From: Candidatus Pacearchaeota archaeon
Lineage (GTDB): Archaea; Nanobdellota; Nanobdellia; Pacearchaeales; GW2011-AR1
Reading direction: 5' to 3'
Assembly: GCA_018303925.1 (NCBI GenBank)
Contig: JAGVXF010000010.1
Location: forward strand, 1-62,824
DNA length: 62,824 nucleotides
In this document: positions 20,584-30,473 of the stretch, one piece after another
Position numbering within the stretch: the first letter of the stretch is position 1
Layout of the letters: each line of letters begins with the position of its first letter
Translations under genes and position numbers: made by a program
Notes under the pieces: model-generated
Told to the model about the DNA's origin: nothing
The model's database searches: none
Seen by the model: only the letters and a program-made list of their open reading frames with translations

Positions 20584-21096
20584 ATGGAAGATTTACATAA
20601 AAAATGGTCTCATCGATGGACGAATCCAAAATTAAAAGTATATAACTCCAAAATCCACGGGATTGGACTTGTTGCTATAAATAAAATAAAAAAAGATGAA
20701 ATGGTTTGCATTGTTGGGGGGATTATAGTTCCTGTTTCCGATATTGAGAATTATTGGAAAAGAGTTGGACACTTTGGAACACAAGTAAATGATAATTTTT
20801 ATATTGTGCCATCCACAAAAAAAGAGATTGAAATAGGGGGTGCATTTAACCATTCTTGTGATCCAAATGTTGGATGGGAAGGAGATATTAGGGCGGTAGC
20901 GATGAGAGAGATCAATGAAGGAGAAGAACTAACTATGGATTACGCCATGTATGATTCCAATATTGAAAAATTTAAGTGTTCTTGCGGATCTAAGAACTGT
21001 AGGGGTTTTATACAAGCGGGCGACTGGCAAAATAAAGAATTGCAGAAGAAATTTGGGAAGTATTTTTCTCCTTATTTAAAAAAGAAATTTATGTAG
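20584..21096 (+). CDS. SET-domain protein-lysine methyltransferase with post-SET motif
   Basis: SKIHGIGL, FNHSCDPN, ELTMDY, CSCGSKNCRG. Confidence 0.92.
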   Translation: MEDLHKKWSHRWTNPKLKVYNSKIHGIGLVAINKIKKDEMVCIVGGIIVPVSDIENYWKRVGHFGTQVNDNFYIVPSTKKEIEIGGAFNHSCDPNVGWEGDIRAVAMREINEGEELTMDYAMYDSNIEKFKCSCGSKNCRGFIQAGDWQNKELQKKFGKYFSPYLKKKFM

Positions 21097-21207
21097 ACGG
21101 TTTCCAGAGAATAAAAAGTGAAGAAATTCCCCTTTGAAATGAACACTTTTATTCTGTTATCGGTTTCCGCATATAGAAATTAACAGGATTATCTTTATGA
21201 TGTTTAT

Positions 21208-21612
21208 ATGCTTTGCTCGGTGAGAAATGCAACAGATGAAGAAAAAACATACTTATTGGATTGCAAAAGAAGGATTAAAGAAAAAGGGTTTAAAGTTCAT
21301 TACTTTGCCGAAACTCCTCCTGGAGATGAAATTGGTGGTTTTAGAATTGTGATGGACCATTGTAATGAAATTTTAAATTCAAGAACGGTTCATGCATATT
21401 TTAATCCATCTTCCAAAGGAAGTAAGTATGATTTCAGGAGCAGTTTAATTTAACATAGAAGAAAAGGATTAGATATTTTACTTATGAAACGGGAGCCTGT
21501 CCTAAAAATTGTTGAAGAGCAGAAGAAAAAAGGCATGACTAAAAGCTATGAAAGGGTTTTGATATATCTAAATTCAATTGCTGATAATACCGCTAGGATT
21601 GAACTTGATTAA
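21208..21612 (+). pseudogene. degraded ORF (nucleoside 2-deoxyribosyltransferase-like fold, tentative) with in-frame TAA at 21451-21453
   Basis: Frame stays open after the stop to 21612 (…MTKSYERVL…); SKGSKYD resembles the SxGxxxE motif. Confidence 0.45.
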
Positions 21613-21652
21613 GAAACCTTTTTAAAATAGTTAAGCAATTTATTTATTATCA

Positions 21653-21723
21653 GGTCCATTAGTCTAATGGCAGAACATCTCGTTTACACCGAGAAAACGG
21701 AGGTCCGATTCCTCCATGGACCA
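21653..21723 (+). tRNA. tRNA-Val(TAC)
   Basis: Acceptor GGTCCAT/ATGGACC, anticodon arm TCTCG-TTTACAC-CGAGA. Confidence 0.93.
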
Positions 21724-21757
21724 TTTCTCAGACCTATCATCCTCATTACATTCGATG

Positions 21758-21785
21758 GGAGGTCCGATTCCTCCATGGACCATTT
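21758..21785 (+). repeat. 28-bp direct repeat of the tRNA-Val 3' end (att-like)
   Basis: GGAGGTCCGATTCCTCCATGGACCATTT at 21699-21726 and 21758-21785. Confidence 0.9.
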
Positions 21786-21858
21786 TATTTTTGTTTTTAT
21801 GCTCCAGCATAACCATTAAAAACTCACTTTGCTTTTGTTTATAAAGAGGGGACCATTT

Positions 21859-22407
21859 ATGGAAAAGGAAAGAAATTCTGAGAATCTCGGAAAGCTTTCT
21901 GATGTGGGGCTTTTTATTGAAAATTACGATTATATTTTTTCAGATTTTGATTCGAGATCTTATTCACAAAAACTTCTTTCAGAAGATCTGCTTAATGAAA
22001 TGAATAGGGCGAGTAAAGAAAAAAAATTCGGAGATATTGATTTAAAATTTCTTGTCCCAAAAAACAAAAGAGACTTCCGTAAAGAAAAGATAATCAAAGA
22101 AAGACTTAAAGAGCAGTTTAAAATTAATCTAAAAAATCTGGAACTAACACAAAAAAAGATATTAAAACAGGGAAGCCTGTTTCTTTTTTTTGGGGTAGTT
22201 TTTATGCTTATTGCAACTTTCTTTTTAACTCGCGGAAGTACAGATTATCTTCTCACTTTTTTATCTGTCTTGTCTGAACCAGCGGGATGGTTTTTATTCT
22301 GGGAAGGATTGAATTTGATCATTTTTCAATCCAAGAAAAAAGTTCCGGAGCTCGATTTTTATAAAAAAATGTCAAAGGCAAAAATAATTTTTGTGGATTT
22401 TGATTGA
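21859..22407 (+). CDS. conserved membrane protein (2 TM)
   Basis: YDYIFSDFD, EPAGWFLFWEG motifs. Confidence 0.7.
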   Translation: MEKERNSENLGKLSDVGLFIENYDYIFSDFDSRSYSQKLLSEDLLNEMNRASKEKKFGDIDLKFLVPKNKRDFRKEKIIKERLKEQFKINLKNLELTQKKILKQGSLFLFFGVVFMLIATFFLTRGSTDYLLTFLSVLSEPAGWFLFWEGLNLIIFQSKKKVPELDFYKKMSKAKIIFVDFD

Positions 22408-22883
22408 AAATGAGAATTCTATTTGTTTGTAAGTATAATATAAGCAGAAGCCGGATGGCAGAATTCTTTTTTAATAAGCTTACAAAAAATAATTATGCAG
22501 AAAGCTGTGGAGTTTATCCTTATTATTATCTGAAAAAATATCATGCAAGAGTTCCAAAATGGGAGCCTGTTATAAGGGTTATGAAGGAGCAGGGAATTGA
22601 CGTTTCTAAATCCCTAATTAAAAAAGCCGACAAATCAAAAGTAAAAGATGCAGATATTATAATTGTAATAATGGAAAAATCGATGGCGGACAAAGATTTG
22701 CCGAATTATATTAAAAAGAGTAAAAAATTTAAACTTTGGGAAATAAGAGATATCCGCGGAACATCAAAATTTGATTACCAATATAATAAATATAAAGAGA
22801 ATAGAGATAAAATTTTCAGTTTAGTGGTAAATTTAATTAAATCTTTGGATGGCAAATCCAGATTTTCCCCCAAACTTTTATAA
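22404..22883 (+). CDS. low-molecular-weight phosphatase/arsenate reductase family protein
   Basis: ILFVCKYNISRSRMAE (Cx5R-like loop). Confidence 0.8.
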   Translation: MKMRILFVCKYNISRSRMAEFFFNKLTKNNYAESCGVYPYYYLKKYHARVPKWEPVIRVMKEQGIDVSKSLIKKADKSKVKDADIIIVIMEKSMADKDLPNYIKKSKKFKLWEIRDIRGTSKFDYQYNKYKENRDKIFSLVVNLIKSLDGKSRFSPKLL

Positions 22884-22905
22884 ACAACTCCTTTGTTTTT
22901 AATTC

Positions 22906-24672
22906 ATGGTTTCAAATACTGACTCTATTCCGGGAATGGATTTAAATTATTCCAAACCAAGCATCCCCAAAGTTAATCCAGAAGAAGAGAAAAAAAAATT
23001 TGAAAAAACAAAAAAAGAAATTGAAAAACTGAAAACTTTTGTACTTAAGAAATTCAGATATGTTCTTGCTTTTGGAATTCTACCTCCCCAGTCAATACCA
23101 AAGTTTATTGAAGAAGAAGAAGCCAGCCCCGAATCAAAGGATTCTGTTCATGTTGTAATTATTGTTCCCGATGAGAAAGCAAAAGAAGTTCCTAAAATAA
23201 AACAGGAAATAATAAAAGAAATTCAAAAATCAAAGGAAAAAGTCTGGCTGCACCTCATGACCCCATCCGAAATATGGGAAATCTGCATGGATCAAAAGTT
23301 TGAACTTTCAGGCGCGATTGCGATGAGTTACCCGATTTATGATAAAGGGATTCTGGGAGCCTTAAGAGTTTCAGAGATTCACAAATCTTTAGTTCTTCAG
23401 AAATTTGAAAAATATGTAGTAAGTTATGTTATTGGCGGGAGCCTGATAAGGGGCGATGCTGTGAAGACAAGTGATGTTGATGTGTTTGTTATAATTAATG
23501 ACACTGACGTTAAAAGAATGCCACGCCGTGAGCTTCTTGAAAGATTAAGAGGGATAATTTATCAGTATGTTGCAGAAGCAACCCAAATTGCAGGAGTTAA
23601 AAACCGTCTTGAACCCCAGATTTATCTTTTGACTGATTTTTGGGATGCAGTTAAAGATGCTCATCCGGTCATGTTCACTTTTATTCGTGACGGTGTTCCG
23701 CTTTATGACCGGGGAACCTTCATGCCTTGGAAATCTTTACTGAGAATGGGAAAACTTAAACCTTCTCCTGAGGCAATTGATATGTTTATGAGCATGGGTG
23801 ACGGGATAATTCAAAGAAGCAAAAGAACCCTTTTGTCTGATATTTTTACAAATATTTTCTGGGGTGTAACAACCCCCGCCCAGGCAATCTTAATGCTTGG
23901 GGGATATCCTCCGCCGGCTTCAAAGGAGCTTGTCAATGCATTCAAAAAAGCATTTTTTGACACAAAAATGATTGAAAAGACATATGTTGACTTTCTTGAA
24001 AAGGTTGTTAAAACGTGGAAGGATTACGAGCACGAGAAAATAAAAGAGATTTCCGGAAAAGAAATTGATTCACTTTTAAAGGAAACCGAAGAATATTTGA
24101 AAAGGCTTAAAGAACTAAGAAAAGAGATTGAAGCCAAATTCCAGGAAAAAACAATCCATCAGATATACGGGGATGTTATTGAACTCCTAAAGAACATTAT
24201 GGGGGAAAAATCCCAGAAGAATCTAGTTAAAGAATTTGAAAAAGAATACATTAAAAAAGCCAAATTTACAAACCAGCACTTAAGGATTTTAAAAGATGTT
24301 GTTAAAACTAAAAAAGAATTTAATAAGAAAATTTCTGACTCCCATAAAATTGATAGAGTAAGAAAAGACGCCGAAATTCTTGTTAAAGATTTGATTGAAT
24401 ACATACAAAGAAAAGACTTAATTTCCATTAATAAGGGGAAAATGATTCTTAATTTTAAAGACAAAAAAATTGAAATTGTAAATGCGGACGGGAAAACTTT
24501 CCTTTTTGAAGGAAATTCCATTAAAAAGGTCAGGGAGAAAATTGAGGAATCAAGTCTTGAAGAGCTTGAAAAAGCGCTTGCGAATCAAAAAGACAAAACC
24601 CAGTTTGAAATTAATTCAAAAGTATTTGATGTGCTGAAAAAAGCCTATGGGGATTTTGAGATTGTGTTTTAA
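22906..24672 (+). CDS. nucleotidyltransferase-domain protein with helical (HEPN-like) C-terminal region
   Basis: GGSLIRG...SDVDV pol-beta motif; paralogous to 30474..31346. Confidence 0.8.
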   Translation: MVSNTDSIPGMDLNYSKPSIPKVNPEEEKKKFEKTKKEIEKLKTFVLKKFRYVLAFGILPPQSIPKFIEEEEASPESKDSVHVVIIVPDEKAKEVPKIKQEIIKEIQKSKEKVWLHLMTPSEIWEICMDQKFELSGAIAMSYPIYDKGILGALRVSEIHKSLVLQKFEKYVVSYVIGGSLIRGDAVKTSDVDVFVIINDTDVKRMPRRELLERLRGIIYQYVAEATQIAGVKNRLEPQIYLLTDFWDAVKDAHPVMFTFIRDGVPLYDRGTFMPWKSLLRMGKLKPSPEAIDMFMSMGDGIIQRSKRTLLSDIFTNIFWGVTTPAQAILMLGGYPPPASKELVNAFKKAFFDTKMIEKTYVDFLEKVVKTWKDYEHEKIKEISGKEIDSLLKETEEYLKRLKELRKEIEAKFQEKTIHQIYGDVIELLKNIMGEKSQKNLVKEFEKEYIKKAKFTNQHLRILKDVVKTKKEFNKKISDSHKIDRVRKDAEILVKDLIEYIQRKDLISINKGKMILNFKDKKIEIVNADGKTFLFEGNSIKKVREKIEESSLEELEKALANQKDKTQFEINSKVFDVLKKAYGDFEIVF

Positions 24673-24724
24673 GGAATTCTCATTGATAAAAGAAATGAAG
24701 AAATTGTGTAACCTTGCCTGAAGC

Positions 24725-25915
24725 CTAACTTTTAAGGTGTTTTCTCTCCTTTATCAAAATAAAAAGTGAAACGAGAGTTATTGCGGTTATTACAATATAA
24801 GCATTTGTTATATTTATTGAGTCAATTAAAAGCCCAAAAAGTATCGGACCGATTATTATTCCAAGTGCAGCAATTCCGATCAAGGAACCGTCGACTTCTC
24901 CGATATGAGACCTATTTGCAATCCTTGTTATCATTCCTTTGTTTGTCAAAGAGATTAATTCAAAAACAACACTTGAAAAGAACATTACAGCAAGAAGAAC
25001 AATATAATTTTTGAAAAAGATAAGGCACAACAAGATTAAAATCAGAGCGATAATTCCAAAAAAATATATTTTTCCTTTTTTTCTGTCGGCAATTTTTCCA
25101 AGATTTTTTCCAAACATTAGGGGGACTGAATAAACCAGGGCAAGGAGCGCAGCACCAATCAGTCCATTTCCCCCAAGATAAGCTGAAATAGGAACAAAAA
25201 AGTAAATGATTGAATTCAGAATTCCGAATACAAAAGCAAGAATGGCAATCAGTTTTAACCTTTTGTTAAAGTGTTTAATTTCCTTAAACATTTTTAAATA
25301 TGCCTTTTCAACTGAAAACCTGACTTTTTTCTTTTTCTTGTTTTTTTCTTTTAACTTTAAAACAACCAAGAATGAAATAAGAGATGTCGGGGCTATAAAA
25401 AATAGAAGTTCATGAATTTTGACATTGAAGAACTGAACCATTGCAAAACCAAGCAGAACAGCAAAAATCCACCAAAGGATTGTTATAAGGTCAAACCTGC
25501 CAAACACGCGTGAAGTTTCTCCTTTTGATGAATGCCTCATGAAATAAGATTCTCTTCCGATTTGGTCCAGAGAATATGATACTCCATTAAGGCCTCTTGA
25601 AATTACTATAAAAATTACGAGGCCTGCAAGTCCTGCCAAAAAATATCCCAACCCTATAAAAATGTAAATTATCATTGCTGCAAGAATCATCCTTTTTGCC
25701 TTGAAATTGTCTGCAAGATATGCTGAAATTGGAAGGGATAAAAAGAAAACGATATTGAAAACAGATGCTAAAAATCCAGTTTCCAAAAAATTTGTAGAGA
25801 ACAAAAGGAGGAAAATAGGGATAAATGCTTCTCCTAACCCCCATCCAAACCATCTTATTGAGGTGCTCAAAGTCAAAAGGTTTATTCCTTTTGGAATATT
25901 TTTTCTTTTTAGCAT
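24725..25915 (-). CDS. MFS transporter
   Basis: About 12 TMs; YLADNF and GKIADRKKG loop motifs. Confidence 0.88.
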   Translation of the reverse strand: MLKRKNIPKGINLLTLSTSIRWFGWGLGEAFIPIFLLLFSTNFLETGFLASVFNIVFFLSLPISAYLADNFKAKRMILAAMIIYIFIGLGYFLAGLAGLVIFIVISRGLNGVSYSLDQIGRESYFMRHSSKGETSRVFGRFDLITILWWIFAVLLGFAMVQFFNVKIHELLFFIAPTSLISFLVVLKLKEKNKKKKKVRFSVEKAYLKMFKEIKHFNKRLKLIAILAFVFGILNSIIYFFVPISAYLGGNGLIGAALLALVYSVPLMFGKNLGKIADRKKGKIYFFGIIALILILLCLIFFKNYIVLLAVMFFSSVVFELISLTNKGMITRIANRSHIGEVDGSLIGIAALGIIIGPILFGLLIDSINITNAYIVITAITLVSLFILIKERKHLKS

Positions 25916-25987
25916 TAATAATTTAGGGGATGCGAGTTTAAAATCTTATTTTTTAATTAATTTTTCAAGATATCTATTAGGGCATTC

Positions 25988-26368
25988 TCACTTCTTTTTA
26001 AAAATAAAAAATCCAAGCCACGAAAACAAAGCTCCTATTGCTGCATATATCAGCGGGAGAATAATTATATTCAGGTAAATTCCTATTTGAATTATTGTCA
26101 TTGAAGCATTTGTGTCAATTCCCTGTTGTGCTGCAGCCTGTAGAATTTCAGCAATTCTTTCAGGGAAAAGGTAAAATGATAAAATTCCCAGAACTGCCGA
26201 TATAAGTCCTGCAATAATTCCTGCCCAGGCTCCGGCTTTTCCAGATTTAACAACCGTCTTTTTTTTGCGGGAAATTTTGTATCCAATGAAGCCGAAAACA
26301 AAAAGAGTCACGGCAATTGAAAGTATTGACGACAAAGTTACTTCGATTAAATTAGTCAAGGGAAGCAT
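25988..26368 (-). CDS. membrane protein
   Basis: Three hydrophobic helices, GAWAGIIAG. Confidence 0.65.
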   Translation of the reverse strand: MLPLTNLIEVTLSSILSIAVTLFVFGFIGYKISRKKKTVVKSGKAGAWAGIIAGLISAVLGILSFYLFPERIAEILQAAAQQGIDTNASMTIIQIGIYLNIIILPLIYAAIGALFSWLGFFIFKKK

Positions 26369-26505
26369 TAAAGTGATTAGTGAATATACAAGTAAACAAT
26401 TATCGAAGTTTCGATGAATTCCCGATATTGTGCAAGACCTTTTTTATTTTCCACAAGTTTATCGAGAGAAGGAGGTTATTTAAATTTAACTTTTCTTTTT
26501 ATTTT

Positions 26506-27615
26506 ATGAAATCCCTTTTTATATTGGGCAGAAATATTGAACTTTCAAAAGCAGAAGTTTTTTCGCATTTTGAGAAAGAAGGAAATAAAATAACTGAATC
26601 AAGTCTCATTGAAAATGGGCTTTTAATTGATTCAAAAAATCTTCTCAATAATAATATTGTGGATAATTTTGGGGGGATTATTTCAATCGGGGAAGTTTTG
26701 GCATCAGGGAGTTTTAAAGAAGTATCTGATAAGATTGAAAGTTTAAATTTGTATATGGGAGCCGAAAATAAACTGAATTATGCAATTTGGGATTTTTCTC
26801 CTAGTTATGATTTAATTGCTGAAACTTTAAAAGAAAAATTCAGGCGTGAAAAATTAAAAGCAACTCTTAAACATTTGGCCGGAAACATAAAACTTCAGGG
26901 AGGGGGCAGAATGAAAATTCCTTCTTCAAAATTGATTGGCGAGGAGTTTTTTGTATATGATTATAAAGATAAAATTTTATTTGGAAGAATCGTTGAAAAT
27001 TGCGATTATGAAAAAATTGAAAAACGGGACATGAATAAGCCTGTGAGGCGCGAATCTCTTGCTATTTCCCCGCGTCTTGCAAAAATTTTGATTAATTTAT
27101 CCTGTGTAAAAAAAGGAGAAACATTGCTTGACCCATTTTGCGGAGTGGGGACGGTTTTATCTGAGGCGCTTCTTCAAAAAGTTAAAGTAATTGGTATTGA
27201 CCGGGACAAAAATGCTATTAATAATGCTCAGAAAAATATGGAATGGTTCAGATTTAACAAAAACGATTATGACCTAATTAATGCGGATTCTTCAAATGAA
27301 ACAATAAAAGGAGCGGACGCAATTGCAACCGAACCTGATTTGGGAGAGACATTAAAAAAAACCCCTCAAAAAAAAGAGGCAAAAAAAACCCTTGAAAGAT
27401 TTGAAAATTTAATAATTCGTGTTATTAATAATTTTAAGAATGAACTTTCAGGCAGAATTGTCTTTACTTCGCCTTACATAAGAGTCGGCAAAAAGAGAAG
27501 CAAATGCGACATAGAAAAAATTCTAAAAGCCACAGGATATCATGCGATTTATGAAATTCCCGAGTTTCGGGAAAACCAGATTGTCGGAAGAATGATTTAT
27601 GTTTTGGAAAAGTGA
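26506..27615 (+). CDS. tRNA guanine-N2 methyltransferase (Trm11/Trm14-like)
   Basis: ISPRLAKILINL, LLDPFCGVGT, IATEPDLG. Confidence 0.8.
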   Translation: MKSLFILGRNIELSKAEVFSHFEKEGNKITESSLIENGLLIDSKNLLNNNIVDNFGGIISIGEVLASGSFKEVSDKIESLNLYMGAENKLNYAIWDFSPSYDLIAETLKEKFRREKLKATLKHLAGNIKLQGGGRMKIPSSKLIGEEFFVYDYKDKILFGRIVENCDYEKIEKRDMNKPVRRESLAISPRLAKILINLSCVKKGETLLDPFCGVGTVLSEALLQKVKVIGIDRDKNAINNAQKNMEWFRFNKNDYDLINADSSNETIKGADAIATEPDLGETLKKTPQKKEAKKTLERFENLIIRVINNFKNELSGRIVFTSPYIRVGKKRSKCDIEKILKATGYHAIYEIPEFRENQIVGRMIYVLEK

Positions 27616-27619
27616 AAAT

Positions 27620-27928
27620 TTAACCCGAAATTAAATCCAAGGGAATTCTGGACACATCTGCCTTGTATTCAAAATCTCCTATGTCTGTTTCAAATTTGCG
27701 CGTTAGGTTTTTTTCAAATGATTTGATTTTTCTTGGAAGTTTGTCTTTAATCACTTTTCCATTAAAAAAAGGATTTTTTAAGGTTTCTTCTATATGTTCT
27801 TCATTATTTAGGACAGCTCCCACTTTAAAATTTCCAAAAAGATTAGTGCAATAGATTATATAAAATGAGATTGGTTTTGTCTCTTTTAAATTTCTATTTT
27901 GCGTTTCCTTAAATATATATACTGCCAT
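27620..27928 (-). CDS. hypothetical protein
   Basis: 102-aa ORF with upstream TATA-like element. Confidence 0.5.
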   Translation of the reverse strand: MAVYIFKETQNRNLKETKPISFYIIYCTNLFGNFKVGAVLNNEEHIEETLKNPFFNGKVIKDKLPRKIKSFEKNLTRKFETDIGDFEYKADVSRIPLDLISG

Positions 27929-28086
27929 AAGTTTTTTTAGTTTTCATCATATATAAAGTTTTATTTTCAAAAAAGTATAAAAGAAAATTTTATGTAAAAA
28001 GTTTTATAAACCAATTTCTCAATAATCTAACATGACAAGAGTAAATCCAAGAGGATTTTCACTCATTCACTTACGGGAGTAATCAA

Positions 28087-28344
28087 ATGAAAGGAAGAGT
28101 AATTCAGTTTAGAAGAGGAAGGCACATTATCCATGAAAAGCATATGTTAATTGAAGTAGAAGGCGTTGACTCAAAGGAAAAAGCGGAAAAATTAGTCGGA
28201 AAATCAGTTGAATGGAAGTCTCCTGCCGGAAAAGTCATATCTGGTAAAATTGTTGCCCCCCATGGATCTAAAGGAGTTTTGCGGGCAATTTTTGAGAAAG
28301 GTTTGCCGGGACAGGCTGTCACAACGGAGGTTAAAATAAAATGA
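28087..28344 (+). CDS. rpl35ae: 50S ribosomal protein L35Ae
   Basis: FRRGRH, GKIVAPHGSKGVLRAIFEKGLPGQA. Confidence 0.93.
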   Translation: MKGRVIQFRRGRHIIHEKHMLIEVEGVDSKEKAEKLVGKSVEWKSPAGKVISGKIVAPHGSKGVLRAIFEKGLPGQAVTTEVKIK

Positions 28345-28661
28345 AAGAAGTAGAAATTCAAAAAGAGAATGAATTTTTTGTTAATTTTTTTCTTAGAAAA
28401 CTTTATGGAGCTCCTTACGGATACTCAGGAAACGATAAAGGTTTTTTGACTAAATACTACCCCTGTCTTGAAATACAAGATGTGAAGGCTTTAGGTGGCG
28501 ATGAGTCAAGACAAAAAATAATCTTTTTAGATTCGGTTAATAATGAAATTAAAAAAGAATTGACAAAACTTGCGGGTGCTTCTGAATTATCTCCCTATGC
28601 AACTTTGCCTAAAATAGAAAAAATTGTTAAAAACTTTAAATTTTTTTGGGGACGGGATTAA
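28341..28661 (+). CDS. hypothetical protein
   Basis: Overlaps both flanking ribosomal protein genes (translational coupling). Confidence 0.55.
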   Translation: MKEVEIQKENEFFVNFFLRKLYGAPYGYSGNDKGFLTKYYPCLEIQDVKALGGDESRQKIIFLDSVNNEIKKELTKLAGASELSPYATLPKIEKIVKNFKFFWGRD

Positions 28662-29206
28662 TGGCATCACTCCGAAAAGCAAATGCATATTCAAAAAGAC
28701 GTGTTACACCCTTTACAAGAGTCAGCAGAAAGAGACAAAAGTCTTTTATTAAAGTTGTACCCCCTCAAAGTATTGTTAAGTTTGAAATGGGAAAAGCATC
28801 TCTTGTAAATGAAGGAAAACTTCCTCATGTTTTGAGGGTAGTTGCAACGGAACAAGTTCAGGTCAGGCATAATGCTCTTGAATCATGCAGGCAGTACATA
28901 AATAAAAAACTTGACAGTGAGCTTAACGGGCAATACCTGTTTAAGGTTGTTCCTTTTCCCCATCACATTCAAAGAGAAAACAAAATGCTTACTGGTGCGG
29001 GAGCTGACCGTATGCAAACTGGAATGCAGCTTTCCTTTGGAAAATCCATCGGAAAAGCCGCGATTTTAAAATCCGGAAAAGAGCTTTTCATTTTCCGTTT
29101 GCCTAACGAAAAAGCGGTTCAAATTGCAAGAATTTTGATAAAACAAATTGATCCCAAGCTTCCCGGGGGAATAAGAACCGATTACGAATTTCTTGGAAGC
29201 AAATAA
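28661..29206 (+). CDS. rpl10e: 50S ribosomal protein L10e (uL16)
   Basis: QVRHNALESCR, PHHIQRENKMLTGAGADRMQTGM.LSFGK. Confidence 0.95.
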   Translation: MASLRKANAYSKRRVTPFTRVSRKRQKSFIKVVPPQSIVKFEMGKASLVNEGKLPHVLRVVATEQVQVRHNALESCRQYINKKLDSELNGQYLFKVVPFPHHIQRENKMLTGAGADRMQTGMQLSFGKSIGKAAILKSGKELFIFRLPNEKAVQIARILIKQIDPKLPGGIRTDYEFLGSK

Positions 29207-29270
29207 TTGTTACTATTTCTAAGATACGACATACCAAAAGATTTATAAAGTTTGGAATTGTGGATTTTTT

Positions 29271-29606
29271 ATGATAAACATTCATCAAGGTGATTCTGAT
29301 TTGAACGCCCAGAAAAGAAAGTACAAAATTCATGATAAAAGGAACCCCATTATAGAAAATTCGAATGAAAACAATAAAGTGGAATCAAAAATTGAGAAGA
29401 TGATTGAAAACAATCAAGGAGATTTGAAGGTTTTATCAAAAGGTTCAATGAATACTGTAGATCTTGGTTTGTATAATAGTTTTAACTTTAAACCTACTTT
29501 TGGCACCCTTGCAGAGGGAAAAGATATGCTTATTTATGTAAAATACTCGCCAGAAGATGAAACATACAGTTTTACCATGTATAAAGATAAGGAGAAAAAG
29601 CAATAA
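29271..29606 (+). CDS. hypothetical protein
   Basis: 111-aa ORF. Confidence 0.5.
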   Translation: MINIHQGDSDLNAQKRKYKIHDKRNPIIENSNENNKVESKIEKMIENNQGDLKVLSKGSMNTVDLGLYNSFNFKPTFGTLAEGKDMLIYVKYSPEDETYSFTMYKDKEKKQ

Positions 29607-29607
29607 A

Positions 29608-30324
29608 ATGACAGAGAAAAAACAAAATCATGGGGTAAGTCCTGAGGAGAAAGCAAAAAAAGAAATCGAAGCGACTGAAAAATTAAGAAAAGACAGACTC
29701 AATAATCTTGAAAGTCTTTTAAATTATGCCGGAGCAAATTACCTTAAGACTGAAGTTCCATACGGAAAAAAAGGTGCTGACGCAGGAAGTTACGCATTTA
29801 ATAATTTCTTGACAAGTGAAAAAGCTTATGAAATGAGAAATGGCATTTATAATCAAAAAGTCAAACAAGGACAGGAAATGCAACAGACTACAGGCTATAA
29901 TACCATCTCCGCTCCTGAATACCATGTAACAAATCATGAACTTGAAATGGCCGCTCTTGGATTAATTCAGGATGCACAAATACACTTAACATTAAGAGAC
30001 CTTGGAGAAGTTGTTAAAAAAGTTGCTCCCGGAACTAAAGAAAAAATTGATAGCCTCCCGGGAGAATTGCAAAAAATCTCTTATGCTTCAATTGGGGAAA
30101 AAGCACACAAAGCAAAAGAATCAGGAAAAGAATATTCTCCATCTAAAGAAGAAGGAGCATTTTTACAGGCTTACACTCATTTGACAAACGATTACAAAGA
30201 ATTTGCTGGACTTTCTCTTCTTAACCAATCGGTAACACAAAACTCTAACAATTTTTATGATTCTTTTTTGGAAGGCTACAAAAAAATGAAAGAAGAATCT
30301 GCTAAAGAAAAAGGGAAAAAGTAA
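29608..30324 (+). CDS. hypothetical protein
   Basis: Likely start ATG 29608; helical charged protein. Confidence 0.65.
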   Translation: MTEKKQNHGVSPEEKAKKEIEATEKLRKDRLNNLESLLNYAGANYLKTEVPYGKKGADAGSYAFNNFLTSEKAYEMRNGIYNQKVKQGQEMQQTTGYNTISAPEYHVTNHELEMAALGLIQDAQIHLTLRDLGEVVKKVAPGTKEKIDSLPGELQKISYASIGEKAHKAKESGKEYSPSKEEGAFLQAYTHLTNDYKEFAGLSLLNQSVTQNSNNFYDSFLEGYKKMKEESAKEKGKK

Positions 30325-30473
30325 GTTTCTTTATTTTTAACTGATAATGGACTAAAACCCATTTCAAAAGAAGCTGTTGCGGAATGTGTCAAAATTATAG
30401 ATAAAAATCTTGCAGGATTAGTTAAGTTGTTTAATAGATAAGATGATTATCCTAATGGTATAAAAATTAATAT

